Source: Octopus vulgaris (lineage: Eukaryota). Taken from it: 64,000 nt of DNA. The DNA lies in the NCBI GenBank assembly GCA_951406725.2, contig OX597838.1, positions 26,102,001 through 26,166,000 of the forward strand, given 5' to 3'. A program made the position numbers and the translations under genes. Positions 12,240 through 26,075 of this stretch are shown piece by piece. The first letter of the stretch is position 1. Each line of letters opens with the position of its first letter. The notes under the pieces are model-generated. The model saw only the letters and a list, made by a program, of their open reading frames with translations. It was not told the DNA's origin and did no database searches.

Positions 12240-12573
12240 ATCGGTCATGAATGATCATGGGTTTGCACCTATAGAGTTACCCCCGCAGGCACAAGTCCGA
12301 GCAAGGTTGTTTATGGAAGACTAACAGTCGCCCATGCGTACCAGCCTCCCTTCTTCATGTCACCGATGTTATCTAAGGGAAAGGCAAAGGCAAAGGGGCC
12401 GATACAGCTTGGTACCTGTGACGTCACAACTCATTTCTATAGTTGAGCGAACTGGAGCAACGTGAAATAATGTGACTTGCTCAAGAACACGACACACAGA
12501 CCAGTCTGGGAACCGAACTCACTGCCTCATGATTCTGTGCCCGACGGTCTAATCACTGAGCCATGCACTTTCA
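12240..12573 (-). mobile_element. SINE family C (CORE-like), diverged
   Basis: Reverse complement matches 18220-18515 and 44360-44694. Confidence 0.85.
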
Positions 12574-12658
12574 CAGATATGATTACTACATATAATGCAA
12601 TATGTGGGCTTAGCCGTGTGGTTACTTCGTTAATCTGAACTCTCGTTGAATAATCGTG

Positions 12659-12988
12659 GCACTCCGTCGGTTACGACGAAGAGGTTTGCCAGTTGATCCA
12701 ATCAATGGAACAGCCTGCTCGTGAAATTAACGTGCAAGTGGCTGAGCACTCCACAGACACGTGTACCTTTAACGTAGCTCTAGGGGGAGATTCAGCGTGA
12801 CACAGAGTATGACAAGGCTGGCCCCTTTCAAATACAGGTACAACAGAAACAGGAAGAAAGTTGTGGTGAAAGAGTTCAACAGGGTTCGCTAACAACTCCC
12901 TGCCGGATCCCCGTGGAGCTTTAAGTGTTTTCGCTCAATAAACACTCACAACGCCCGGTCTGGGAATCGTAACTGGGCCATTGCGCCT

Positions 12989-12990
<2 letters not shown>
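12659..12990 (-). mobile_element. SINE family A with internal deletions; extra head copy at 13072-13162
   Basis: Homology to 567-949. Confidence 0.88.
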
Positions 12991-13036
<46 letters not shown>

Positions 13037-13763
13037 CCAATGATTGCAGTGTGAGTACGTGGAATTATGACAATAAACACTCACAACGCCCGGCTTGGGA
13101 ATCGAAACCGTGATCCTACGACCGCGAGTCCACTGCCCTAACCACTGGGCTATTGCGCCTCCATATATGTATATAAATATTGCCGGTGATTGCATTGTGA
13201 GTACACGGGGTTATGACATAATATACGTGGACAGAAGGAGAAAGGATTCAAAAGTGAGTCGTTTCAACAAAATTAAAGTCAGACCCCTGGCAATGCGTTT
13301 CCTCCACATGCTAAATATAGCAGCTAAATCTCCCTCAGATTTTAACCCTGCTATCTTAGGGAAAGGGAGAGAATGAAAAACGTGCTTCTGAGGGTGATCA
13401 CAGGTTGCAGTGATTAAGTTCGCTCCGCTGGGGCTGCTCAACAACAACAACAACAACAACTACAGCAGCAACAACAGCAACAACAACCTAGGTAAGAGTA
13501 AAGCTTCACAGCAGACAAGACTGCCTCTGTATGAAATACTGAATATAGGAAAACCCGAAATGATGGTGGTGGTGGTGGTGGTGGCGGTAGAGGTGGTAGA
13601 GGTGGTGGTGCTTGTAGTGGTGGTATTGGTGGTAGTGTTGGTGGTGGTGGTGATGGTGGTGGAGTGGAGGGAAGTTTTGTTAATTGTATTAACACTCTGG
13701 ATAGAATTAGTAACATTAGTAACACACTGAACTTTTACTTCACAACCGTTTTTACATACATAC

Positions 13764-13764
<1 letters not shown>

Positions 13765-13805
<41 letters not shown>

Positions 13806-13893
13806 TATGTATGTATGTATGTATGTATGTATGTATGTATGTATGTATGTATGTATGTATGTATGTATGTATGTATGTATGTATGTATGTATG

Positions 13894-13925
<32 letters not shown>

Positions 13926-14225
13926 TGTATGTATGTATGTATGTATGTATGTATGTATGTATGTATGTGTTTTTATACACACACACATATAAGTATATAT
14001 GCAAATGTATGCGTGAATAGCTATACATACAGATATGTGGATATATATGTGTGTATATATATATATATATGCATAAAGTATATATATATATGTGTGAGTG
14101 TGTATACATACAGATAAATCCATACACACCTATATATCCATGCACATATGTATAGATAAAAACAAATACGTAAGCACAAAATGCATATATATGTGTGTAT
14201 ATACACACCCACATGCATGTGTGTG

Positions 14226-14272
<47 letters not shown>

Positions 14273-14278
14273 GTATAC

Positions 14279-14337
<59 letters not shown>

Positions 14338-14683
14338 TGTATACATACGAACGCGCGCGCACTGACATACGTACGTTTACGCCTGTATACATATCGTTTC
14401 CTTCATCGTGTCTCGCCATTTGTTAATCGGCATCGACAAGCATAAACAGTAGCTAATTCATATAAACACGCTGGAAGTAAAATACGTGTGATAATGATTA
14501 AACAAAGGTTCTCCAGACACAACACATATATATCATTACATCGATCCACAGTTGCTTGCCATATGATCCGAATCTTTGGCCCTCCCCTATACTTAATAAC
14601 ATGGCCGTGCGCCTGTTTTCACGTACATACAAACATTCATACATACATACATACGTACATACATACATACATACATACATACA

Positions 14684-14717
<34 letters not shown>

Positions 14718-15255
14718 CGTACATGCATGCATATATACATACATACATGTATACATACATGCATGCATATATACATATATACATACATGCATACATACAT
14801 ACATACATACATACATACATTCTTACATATATACATTCTTACATACATTCTTACATACATACATTCTTACATACATACATACATACATACTTACATACAT
14901 ACGTACATACATACATATATACCTACATGCATGCATACATACATATATACCTACATGCATGCATACATGCATATATACCTACATGCATGCATACATATAT
15001 ACATCATGCATACATACATACATATATACATACATGCATACATACATACATACATGCATGCATGCATACATACATGCATGCATGCATGCATACATATATA
15101 CATGCATGCATGCATACATATATACATACATGCATGCATACATATATACATACAAGCATGCATTCATACATATATACATACATGCATGAATATATACATA
15201 TATACATACATGCATATATACATACCTACATACGTACACAGATACATGCATGCAT
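13765..15255. repeat. Compound (TA)/(TATG)/(CATA)/(CATG) microsatellite field
   Basis: Direct; source of many spurious ORFs. Confidence 0.95.
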
Positions 15256-15474
15256 ACTCTTTGCTCTTTACTCTTTTACTTGTTTAAGTCATTTGACTGT
15301 GGCCATGCTGGTGCACCGCCTTTAGTCGAGCAAATCGACCCCAGGACTTATTCTTTGGAAGCCTAGTTTCTTATTCTATCGGTCTCTTTTGCCGAATCGC
15401 TAGGTTACGGCGACGTAAACACCAGCATCGGTTGTCAAGCGATGTTGGGGGGACAAACGCAGACACACAAACAT

Positions 15475-15507
<33 letters not shown>

Positions 15508-15662
15508 CATATATACGACGTGCTTCTTTCAGTTTCCGCCTAACAAATCCACTCACAAGGCTATAGTAGAAGACACTTGCCCAATGTACCACGCAGTGGG
15601 ACTGAACCTGGAACTTTGTGGTTGGTAAACAAGCTACTTATCACACAGCCACTCCTACGCCT
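15256..15662 (-). mobile_element. SINE family D, near full length
   Basis: Reverse complement of the 28240-28650 type. Confidence 0.92.
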
Positions 15663-15917
15663 ATACACACATAAATGCATACATACATACAAACTTTGAA
15701 TTCACTGTCAATAACAATCTTGTTTAAAAGTATTCTTAAATATGTCTGTCTGTCTGTCTGTCTGTCTGTATCTATGTATGTATGTATGTATGTATGTACG
15801 TACGTACGTACGTATGTATGTATGAATGTTTGTTTGTATGTACGTGGAAACAGGCGCACGGCCATGTTATTAAGTATAGCGGAGGGACAAAGATTCGGAT
15901 CATATGGCAAACAACTG

Positions 15918-16060
15918 AAATTTTTGAGGAGGGGTCCAGTCAGTTAGATCGACCCCTGTACGCAACTGGCACTTAATTTATCGATCTCGAAAGGAATAAA
16001 GGGAAAGTGGACCTCGGCGGAATTTGAACTCAAAACGTACAGACAGACGAAATACCTATT
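15918..16060 (-). mobile_element. SINE family B fragment
   Basis: Body homology. Confidence 0.8.
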
Positions 16061-16082
16061 CGTACATAAAATCAATCAATCA

Positions 16083-16160
<78 letters not shown>

Positions 16161-16781
16161 ATATGGATAGATAGTCAATGTATGTGTCGGTTATTCTCAG
16201 TCGGACAACCATACATACATATACATGCGCGCAAATGCGCATGCGTTCAATATATTTTGTGTGCATATATATATACGTATGCATGTATCCATGCATGTAT
16301 GCATATATGTATGCATGTATGCATGCATGCATGTATGCATATATGCATGCATGCATGTATGTATGCATGTATGTAAGTATGTATGCATGCATGTATGTAT
16401 GTATGTATGTATGCATGTATGTACGTATGCGTGAGTACGAGCATCTACACCTGAAAGCATTATCCATAAAGGAAAAGATAGAACTTACTTCAAAGAGATA
16501 AAGGGAAAACAATACAAAAAAGCAGAAAAGCAACTGTCTCCAGGTAAAGTTACCTGAACAGCGAGACCCACCCTTAAACTAATGGTAAATGTATTTGTTT
16601 CGAAAGTCTGTCTTTTACATCGCAATCAAAGACATTCTAGAAAGACAGAAAGAGAGGAGCAAAAAAAAAAAAAAAAAGAAAAGAAATACAAAAGCACACG
16701 CATCTATATTTATATATATGCATATTTGTATGTATGTATGTATGTATGTATGTATGTATGTATCTTTTTCTCTCTCTGTCC

Positions 16782-16826
<45 letters not shown>

Positions 16827-16929
16827 TGTGGATGTGTGTGTGGATCAGCATGGCCGCAGCTATGAGCTGAAACTACAGAATATATATATATATTATATAC
16901 ACACACAAAAAGATACACATATATATATT

Positions 16930-17057
<128 letters not shown>

Positions 17058-17524
17058 TGTGTATGTATATATATATATATCCATACATACATGTATATGT
17101 ATGCATATATATGTGTATATGAATACACACACACGTATATACATACACACACATATACATACATACATACATACATACATACACACACAAAACCAACAAG
17201 CAACATGAACATTAATTGGGACATTGATATTAAGACGCAATTACCCAAGGAGTAGAAATATTCTTTGCCAGCAATTTATCAGATCTCCAGCTACAGAAGA
17301 TTATTCCCTCGGGAAATGGTTTAAAAGAAGTTTATCTCGCAAAAACTTCTCCTTCTCTCAATTAATTAACCAATATAGATTCCTATATTTCGATGCTGTT
17401 TGTGATTTGGGATTATAAATTCATCAAATTTCGTTTATAAGTTCATGGAAACAAACCAATAGAACTATTTTTGTCTTAGAGATTCTTCGCTGGCGTCCTT
17501 CGTCTTCCGTTTGAGTTGTTGCTG

Positions 17525-17548
17525 TTATTATCATTATTGTTATTATTA

Positions 17549-17618
<70 letters not shown>

Positions 17619-17630
17619 TATTATTATTAC

Positions 17631-17671
<41 letters not shown>

Positions 17672-17672
17672 A

Positions 17673-17705
<33 letters not shown>

Positions 17706-17778
17706 CATTATTATTATTAATATTATTATTATTATTATTATTATCATTATTATTATTATTATTATCATCATTATTATT

Positions 17779-17825
<47 letters not shown>

Positions 17826-17827
17826 CC

Positions 17828-17899
<72 letters not shown>

Positions 17900-17925
17900 G
17901 TAGTAGTAGTAGTAGTAGTAGTAGT
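17525..17925. repeat. (TTA)/(TCA)/(TAG)n trinucleotide tract
   Basis: Direct. Confidence 0.97.
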
Positions 17926-18219
17926 GCCTAAAAGACTAAAAGACTACACCTTGAGGAACTTTCGAAATATAGATATACATAAACAACGCAACGAAAACTA
18001 AAATGGAAGATTTAGTACAACTAACTGCCGGAAGTGTGGCAGTTCAAGGAGATCCAGAGACACCGACCTCGGTGAGGCTACAAGCAGTCATATCGTCTGC
18101 GATGATATATCGTTTGTTGCTATCTTCACATGTGTTCGGAAGTTATGTCTTGGATAATCTTAGCAACGGGATGAAATCGAAGACCTACTCGAAAATCATT
18201 AACATATGTTTGCCTTTGT

Positions 18220-18515
18220 GAAGGCGCATGGCTCAGTGGTTAGAGCGTGGAGCTTACGATCGTGAGGTTGTGAGTTCGATTCCCGGACCGGGCTGCGTGT
18301 TGTGTTCTTGAGCAAGACACTTTACTTCACGTTGCTCCAGTTCACTCAGCTGTAGAAATGAGTTGCGACATCACTGGTGCCAAGCTGTATCGGCCCCTTT
18401 GCCTTTCCCTTGGATAACATCAGTGGTGTGGAGAGGGGAGGCTGGTATGCATGGGCGACTGCTGGCTTTCCACAAACAACCTTGCTCGGACTTGTGCCTC
18501 GGAGGGGAACTTTCT
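18220..18515 (+). mobile_element. SINE family C: tRNA-Arg-like head plus CORE-like domain (possibly OR2-like)
   Basis: A box tggctcagtgg, anticodon loop containing ACG, B box gagttcgattccc; tgtgttcttgagcaagacacttt...cagttcactcagctgtagaaatgag resembles the CORE domain. Confidence 0.9.
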
Positions 18516-18770
18516 ACACACATACACGTATATACATGATGAGCTTCCACGCATTTTCCGTCAACCAAATCCATTCAGAAGGCATTGGTCGGTCCAGAGC
18601 TATAGCTGAAGACATTTGTCCTAGGACCCGCGCCGAGAGACTGAATCCCAAACCGTCCGGTTGCAAAGCGAACTTCTTAACCACACAGCCATGTCAATGA
18701 AACAATTTTATGAAGATTAATAGATTTAGTCCTCAAGAAAAAAAGAACATTCATAAGCATTATGAAATGC

Positions 18771-19841
18771 TTAACCCTTTCATTACCATATTTCTGTTGA
18801 AATATACTGACTTTGGTTTAAATAAATTTTTAAAATAATGAAGAATTTAGCAAAATTGCTTTGTTATTAATAAGCAGAAAGAAATTGACGTAAAAACTTG
18901 ACGGAAGATTCTAATTTAGATCACTTTCTTTTCTACTCTAGGCATAAGGCCTGACATTTTTGGGGAGGGGGCCAGTCGATTAGATTTGACTTCAGTACGC
19001 AATTGGTACTTAATTTATCGACCCCGAAAGGATGAAAGGCAAAGTCGACCTCGGCGGAATTTGAACTCAGAACGTAAAAACAGACGAAATACATATTTCT
19101 TTACTACCCACAAGGGGCTAAACACAGAAGGGACAAACAAGGACAGACAAATGGATTAAGTCGATTATATCGACCCCAGTGCGTAACTGGTACTTATTTA
19201 ATCGACCCCGAAAGGATGAAAGGCAAAGTCGACCTCGGCGGAATTTGAACTCAGAACGTAAAGACAGACGAAATACATATTTGTTTACTACCCACAAGGG
19301 ACTAAACACAGAAGGGTCAAACAAGGACAGACAAACGGATTAAGTCGATTATATCGACCCCAGTGCGTAACTGGTACTTATTTAATCGACCCCAGTGCGT
19401 AACTGGTACTTATTTAATCGACCCCAGTGCGTAACTGGTACTTATTTAATCGACCCGGAAAGGATGAAAGGCAAAGTCGACCTCGGCGGAATTTGAACTC
19501 AGAATGTAAAGACAGACGAAATACATATTTCTTTACTACCCACAAGGGACTAAACACAGAAGGGACAAACAAGGACAGACAAACGGATTAAGTCGATTAT
19601 ATCGCCCCAGTGCGTAACTGGTACTTAATTTATCGACTCCGAAAGGATGAAAGGCAAAGTCTACCTCGGCGGAATTTGAACTCAGAACGTACCTGCAGAC
19701 GAAATATCGCTAAGCATTTCATTCAGCGTGTTAACGTTTCTGCCAGCTCAGCTCGCCGCCTTGAATTTAGCTCACTTTAAAACATAAATGCGTATCATAA
19801 AACCAGAAACGGTGTTTGGCGAATTGATATTTAAAGTGTTA
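18771..19841. mobile_element. piggyBac-like MITE interrupted by a SINE B array
   Basis: Left end TTAA+CCCTTT; degenerate right end aaagtgttat; split at the TSD aatttaga/ctcacttt. Confidence 0.5.
18928..19762 (-). mobile_element. SINE family B tetramer
   Basis: One head plus four ~180 bp body units; 32-bp internal triplication starting at 19361; 15-bp TSD at 18913-18927 and 19764-19778. Confidence 0.92.
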
Positions 19842-20084
19842 TTTAAAGTATTCGTTTGTCTTCCTGTATGTTCTGAGTTCAGATTCATAACAGAGGCAGA
19901 GTGTTGTGAAAGGATGATATATGTCACGGGAATACGGGGAGTGATGAATATCTACTCGAGGGGAAAATTGTAGAAGTGGAGATAATCATTGTTTTTGTAA
20001 ACCAAAGAATAGTAGCGTTTCTGAGAAATGACTCGAACCAAAGGAACCGCATTGATAATTTTTTTTTTTATCCATTAAACGAAA

Positions 20085-21380
20085 ATATCGAGATTTTGGC
20101 CAAGCTGTTAACGAAAAGGTCGGCGCTTATCATCAGTACTCTGATTGGTGATGCACGAACATGCACCATCCCAAACAGATCTGTGCACAACGATAGGGTC
20201 GATCGCCGTTACTTAGCGACGGTCTGCACGGCAAATGGTTTCGATCTCGTTTTCAGGTGCTGGTTCACTGCAGTGTAGTGACATCTTCTTGATGGTCAGA
20301 ACGAATGGAAACCGATTGGAATCATTCAGTTTCCTGCGCTCTGTCCACTAAAATTGTCCCTTCTAGTCCTTTCTGTATGTCCTGATTCTCGATCCATAAC
20401 TGCAGAAACTTTTGACGAGAAGTTTTAACGAGCCCTCGCGCGGATTAGGAGGCAGAAGATGACGATCTGTGTCGGCGTATGAAAGCATAACATAACACGG
20501 GACACCAAACCGTTGTCAAGGCACCATTTTTAATTAGTAAAAGCCTGCAGGGCAACAGTTAAGCACCAAGAAAGGCAGACCATTCTGTCTGGCTGCACGG
20601 AGTAGTTAAATTCCTCGAGGTCTGGTTTGGTCCAGAGCTGCAAGTGAACAAGAACTGGGATGAGTGACGAGCAAGTTGGTTAGTCACACCAATAAGTGGA
20701 CCGCACGGAAGCTATCTTTTAAGGATCGATAGAGGTCACGAGCTGCATTGCTTCACTTACTCATCATCATCTGACTGCCGCGCCTTGCACTGGTTCAGCC
20801 CGGAGTGCCAGAGTTTTCGTCGTTCTATTGTTTGTTTCGGGGGAATAGACGTATTCCCTAGCCAGACGATCCATCATCTGTCAACATCCTTTGCGCAGAG
20901 GTCTGTGTATACCATGCTTAATTATGTGCAGACATGTGCTGAGGTTACGACATCTCCAGCACTTCCTTGATGATGAACGGGTATGGTTGCTGTTTGTCAG
21001 ATGTTTTCCCCAGTTCGTCTCTTTGACAGAGCTGCAGTCTTGGTTAGGAAAAGACAGACATGTGTTTGGTATCTTGTCGCTCAAAGTCAGTCGCTCAAAG
21101 CCCTCCGTTGGTGGGGCAATGGAGTCGATGGAAATTATTTATTGGAGTTCTATAAAGGATTAGTGGTGATCAAAAATGACGATGTTCTTGGGAGAATTTT
21201 TGAACGTTGACGAAAATCAACAGGCTGATTTGTGCTGGAGGACTTTGGTCTGGGACCCATTGATAATTTTCAGAAATCTCTGGCCTGGTGATGCTACCGA
21301 AGGCATTGTCGGTTCGAGATGTATTCTAGAGGCACGGAAATGTCAGCCGAGTCTGTGTTGAAAGTCTGCAGAGATTAACG
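20085..21380 (+). mobile_element. Tx1/L1-clade LINE ORF2 relic (RT domain and downstream)
   Basis: EILAKLLTKR..IISTLIGDARTCTIPNRSVHN; DRVDRRYL; RSVH*NCPF*SFLYVLILDP (=SVRQGCPLSP-LY); VKFLEVWFGPELQVNKNW; CQHPLRRGL. Many stops and frameshifts. Confidence 0.85.
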
Positions 21381-21503
21381 TTAGCTTTCATCCTTTCGAT
21401 ATTGATAAGTCATTGAAGTGGGGGTACCAGTCATGAAATGAGGGTAGATTTCATCCAGTAGCTCGTAAACCCAAAGTTGTGAGCTTGTGTCTAAGTAAGT
21501 AAT

Positions 21504-21567
<64 letters not shown>

Positions 21568-21818
21568 ACAGCAAGTAATACTGCTAACTTCGTCTTTACA
21601 GTTAGCAAGTGCGATTGGCAAGCTTTGTAGAAACGAAGTTTTCACGCGACAGAGGAAAATTTCCCTCCCCACCAACCAGACACACCCTATATATACTCCA
21701 TACATATATCCAATATGCACACATCTACGTATATATACATGGGTATAATATATATGTATATATACATTTATTTACATATGTATATGTATATGTTTATGTA
21801 TCTATGTATGTATGTATG

Positions 21819-21888
<70 letters not shown>

Positions 21889-22134
21889 ATATATGTAGCT
21901 CACACATATACCGTATGCATGTATCACACACAGCCTCGCTGGAAATGTGAAAAATAAAGACATATTTGTATGTATGTAAATATGTACGTGTGTGTGTGTG
22001 TGCGTGTGTGTGTGTGTATGTATGTATGTTATGTGTGTGTGTGTGTAGGGTGAAAGAGAGAGAACGAAAACTAGATAGGTAGAGAAGTAAGTAGCTGGGT
22101 AGCTAGGTAAGAAATATGTGTGATGTTGCGCGCG

Positions 22135-22189
<55 letters not shown>

Positions 22190-23124
22190 CGTATGTGTGT
22201 ATACGTGAGAGAGGGCGTGTGAGAGAGAGAGCCTTTAGCTTGAGAATGAGAAAATCTAAGATGCCGAAAATACCAAAGCGACTGGATTTCATGCATGCAA
22301 GACAGAGAACATGTGCCTATGGAGGCAATTCACCCGTTTTATACCCGCACGACACCGAAATGCACCCTTGCACTGCTGCTCTCACCTTATATGGCTATTG
22401 TCTTCTTCCTTTCTTTCTTTCTTTCTCCCTCTCTTTCTTCCTTTCTTTCTTTCTTTCCTGTTGTGGTGACGATGGCGGTGGAAGTGGTTGTGACGGTGAT
22501 GATTCCGATGTTAATGATTGTGGTGGTGGTGGTGGTGGTGATCTGGTAGGGGTGAGTTAATGTTGGTAGTTTGGGTAGCAGTAGTGTCAGTGTTATTGTT
22601 GGTGATGGTGGCGGTAGTGTTGGCTGCGTTTATGGCGATAATGTTAGTTGTGGTTGTGGTTCTGGTTATAGCGAAGTGAGTTTTTCTGATGGCATTGCTG
22701 AGGGTGGCGTGTTGTTCTCTTTAGCCGCAGATGAGCCCTCCCTGATCCGAGAGAAATATAGTTAAAGGCTTTAAAATTGTGACCATCTTGTTTTTATTTT
22801 CTTTGAAAAACACTGTTTTTTCTCTTCATTTTTTTAAAAGCCCTATCCCATTTTTTAAAGACAGGTGTGGGGCAGTGACCCTTTTGATATCTGAAGGTTA
22901 TTTTAAATTAAATATAATTTTATGAAGACGCATTAGAAAGAATATTTTATTAAATATATGGAAAAAATGTAATTACTTTACTTGTGAAAATATAATCTCT
23001 ATATAAAAGGTCAAGACAAGCTCTCGTTTTTTTTCTTCTGTTCATCAATTTCTCTTTTATTGTCACGCTATAGGAATGTGGAAGGAGAAAGCAGTGGCTA
23101 TGCTGAGAGGGACATATATATATA

Positions 23125-23288
23125 TATACGACAGGCCTCTCAGTTTCCGTCTACCTAATCCACTCACAAAGCTTTGGTCAGCTCGAGGCTATAGTAGAAG
23201 ACACTTGACCAAGGTGCCACGCAGTGGGACTGAACCCAGAACCACGTGGCTGGTAAGCAAGCTACTTACCACACAGCCATGCTTGCGC
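23125..23288 (-). mobile_element. SINE family D 5' half
   Basis: Homology. Confidence 0.88.
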
Positions 23289-23476
23289 ATTTACTTACAC
23301 ACCCATGGACAGCTTTCGGAAATCCCTTGTGCTGTAGACATCACCTATGGTCCGGTTTAATATCTTAACTTGTTTCTTGGATGCCTTTAGCGGAGATCAT
23401 TTCATCGCAAACATTTAGCCCAAGGTTTTGGTTTCATAACTTCTTCCTTATTAGTACCGAAAGTCCTGCAAAATAA

Positions 23477-23530
<54 letters not shown>

Positions 23531-23531
<1 letters not shown>

Positions 23532-23725
23532 CCTTTCTACAATAGGCACAAGGCCTGAAATTTGGGGGAGGGGACTAGTCGATTACATCTACCCCAGTGT
23601 TTCACTGGTACTTAATTTACCGACCCCGAAACGATGAAAGGCAAAGTCGACCTCAGTAGAATTTGAACTCAGAACGTAAAGGCGGACGAAATGCCGCTAA
23701 CCATTTTACCCGGTGCGGTAACGAT
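23531..23725 (-). mobile_element. SINE family B monomer in (TAA)n; opposite-strand partial copy at 23835-23958
   Basis: Homology. Confidence 0.88.
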
Positions 23726-23765
23726 TCTGCCAGCTTACCACCTTAATAACAACAACAACAACAAC

Positions 23766-23818
<53 letters not shown>

Positions 23819-23958
23819 TAATAATAATAATGCTGGCAGAACTGTTAGCACGCTGGGCAAAATGCTTAGCAACATTTCGTCCGTTTTTATGTTTTGAGTT
23901 CAAATTCCGCCGAGATCAACTTTACCTTTCATCTTCTCGGAGTCGATGAAATAAGAAT

Positions 23959-24339
23959 TGGATTTTTTACAACGAGAATGTATCCTGTCACCGAGCTCTC
24001 CATACGCGTGAGTTTCTCGCCCAAAACAACTTGGTATCGCTTCCACTGCCGCCATATTCACCAGATTTAGAACTTGGGGATTTCCATCTCTTCCCCAAAA
24101 TGAAAATGCAGCTCAAAGGTCGGTGTTTTAACACCGAGGTCAAGATCACGAGCGAAGCGCAGGTCCTCGACTCGCTTACGGGAAACGACTTCCAGGTCGG
24201 ATTCCAAAAGTGACAGGAATGGTGTATAGCTGTACAAGGTGACTATTTCGAAAGAGATTACGTTAAAACTTAAGTAAATTACTTTTTTAAATTTTTATTA
24301 AACATAAATAGTCCAGGAAGATTTTGATACCACCACGTA
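23959..24339 (+). mobile_element. mariner (DD34D-type) transposase 3' relic with right TIR
   Basis: ..HRALHTREFLAQNNLVSLPLPPYSPDLELGDFHLFPKMKMQLKGR..; CIAVQGDYFE; TIR-like gtccaggaagattttgataccaccacg+TA. Confidence 0.88.
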
Positions 24340-24446
24340 CTCACGGGTCTTTACGTTCCAGGTTCCAATTCCGCCGAGGTCAGCTTTGCGTTTCATCTCT
24401 CTTGAATCAATAGAATAAATACCATTCCAGTTCTATAATACAAAGA

Positions 24447-24506
<60 letters not shown>

Positions 24507-24898
24507 GCTAGTGTTGCTGTAGTTTTAGCTGTCTGAAAACAAGCTATTTTGTTGTATCGTTGCACTTATTCAACCCTAGGTCGGCTCTCGTCGAGCAGAG
24601 TTATGCCAAAAGGTGTATCAATCGCGAACACCCCGCCAGGTTTACTCAAGAAAAATTTAAAAAGCGACTGTTTTATTCAATGCGTCGATTCACTTATAAG
24701 ACGGTGGGGAAGTGGGGTGTAATTTGGAAGAGATTTGGCTCATGCTTCTAGCATTTCCAACGAACACATACAGGCCTCGTGGTTCGCTTGTTTAGTGCTG
24801 CGTTGTTTAGTGAGAAGAGGAATTGGTTTGGCAAGGCGCCTGCAGCCTAATTTATAGTTTAGAAAACCTACACTGCGTTAGTCTTGATCATTCTTTTG

Positions 24899-24938
<40 letters not shown>

Positions 24939-24993
24939 CACAATACAATACCCACATAAGCATACAAACACATGATCATATATATATATATAT

Positions 24994-25330
24994 AGGCACA
25001 GGGGGTGGCTGTGTGGAAAGTAGCTTGCTTACCAACCACATGATTCCGGGTTCAGTCCCACTGCATGGTACCTTACCTTGGGCAAGTATCTTCTACTATA
25101 GCCTCGAGCTGATCAAAGCCTTGTGAGTGGATTTGGTAGACGGAAACTGAAAGACGCATACATACATACATACATACATACATACATACATACATACATA
25201 CATACATACATACATACATACATACATACATACATACATACATACATACATACATACATACATACATACGTATGTATGTATATATGTGTGTGTATTTGTG
25301 TGTCTGTTTGTACCCCCACTGTCGCTTGAA
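24994..25330 (+). mobile_element. SINE family D, 3'-truncated, internal (CATA)n
   Basis: Homology. Confidence 0.88.
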
Positions 25331-25700
25331 CCAGTAGGCTGCACCAGGCTCAATCTGATCTGGCAAAGTTTCTACAACTGGATGTCCTTCCTAACGCCAG
25401 CCACTCCGAGAGTGTAGTGTGTGCTTTTACGTTCCGCCGGCACAAGGGCCAGTCAGGCGGTACTGGCAACGGCCACGTTCAAAGGTGTTTTTTACGTGCT
25501 ACCTGCACGGGAGCCAGTCCGTGGCCCTGTCAACGATCACGCTCAGATGTGCTTGTAACGTTCCACTGGCACGAGTGCTAATCAGGCAGTACTGTCATCG
25601 GCCACGTCAGCGTTTTTGATTTGATTTGATTTGATTTCACTCGCCTCAATAGCTCTTCGCAAGCAAAGTTTATTGTCCAATGAATGAGGGGGTACTCATA
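25331..25700 (-). mobile_element. Interspersed element with three ~64-bp internal repeats
   Basis: Three ttttacgt..ggcac..ccagtc..ggcaac(g)gccacg units; minus-strand ggcgttaggaaggacatccag motif; (GATTT)n. Confidence 0.65.
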
Positions 25701-26036
25701 CACACAGACATATATATATTGTCTTTTAATCTTGAATTGCTTTTAGCCTGGTGTCCATAATTAGGCACACAAGTAAACACACATTCCAGCAAATGAGTAT
25801 ACATACGCACACACAAGTGCACATATATACGTATATACCTACTCACTCATACACTCACATATATATATATATACATAATTAGTTATAACGCATAATTATA
25901 TATATATATTCATATATATATGCGTGTATGCTTGCGTGTGAGTGTGTGTGGTCCAAGAATGAAAAAAATATAAGGGCGAGCTGAAAGAAGAACAAAGAAG
26001 GTTTATTAGCTTGACGCTCAAGAAAAAATGGAAGAA

Positions 26037-26075
26037 GTCTTTAACGTTTCGTACATATGCTCTTCTACAGAAAGG
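26037..26075 (-). ncRNA. Degenerate minimal hammerhead motif
   Basis: ccttt CTGTAGA A gagc atat gtac GAAA CG TT aaagac. Confidence 0.5.

Noticed and set aside
13403-13497. Mixed CAA/CAG run ending at an AG|GTAAGA donor (possible polyQ/polyN exon)
   Set aside because: The polyQ frame has a stop just upstream and there is no polypyrimidine acceptor; insufficient support.
18928-19762. CRISPR-like repeat/spacer appearance (also 36082-36658)
   Set aside because: Intervening sequences are themselves repeated; eukaryotic context; no cas genes.
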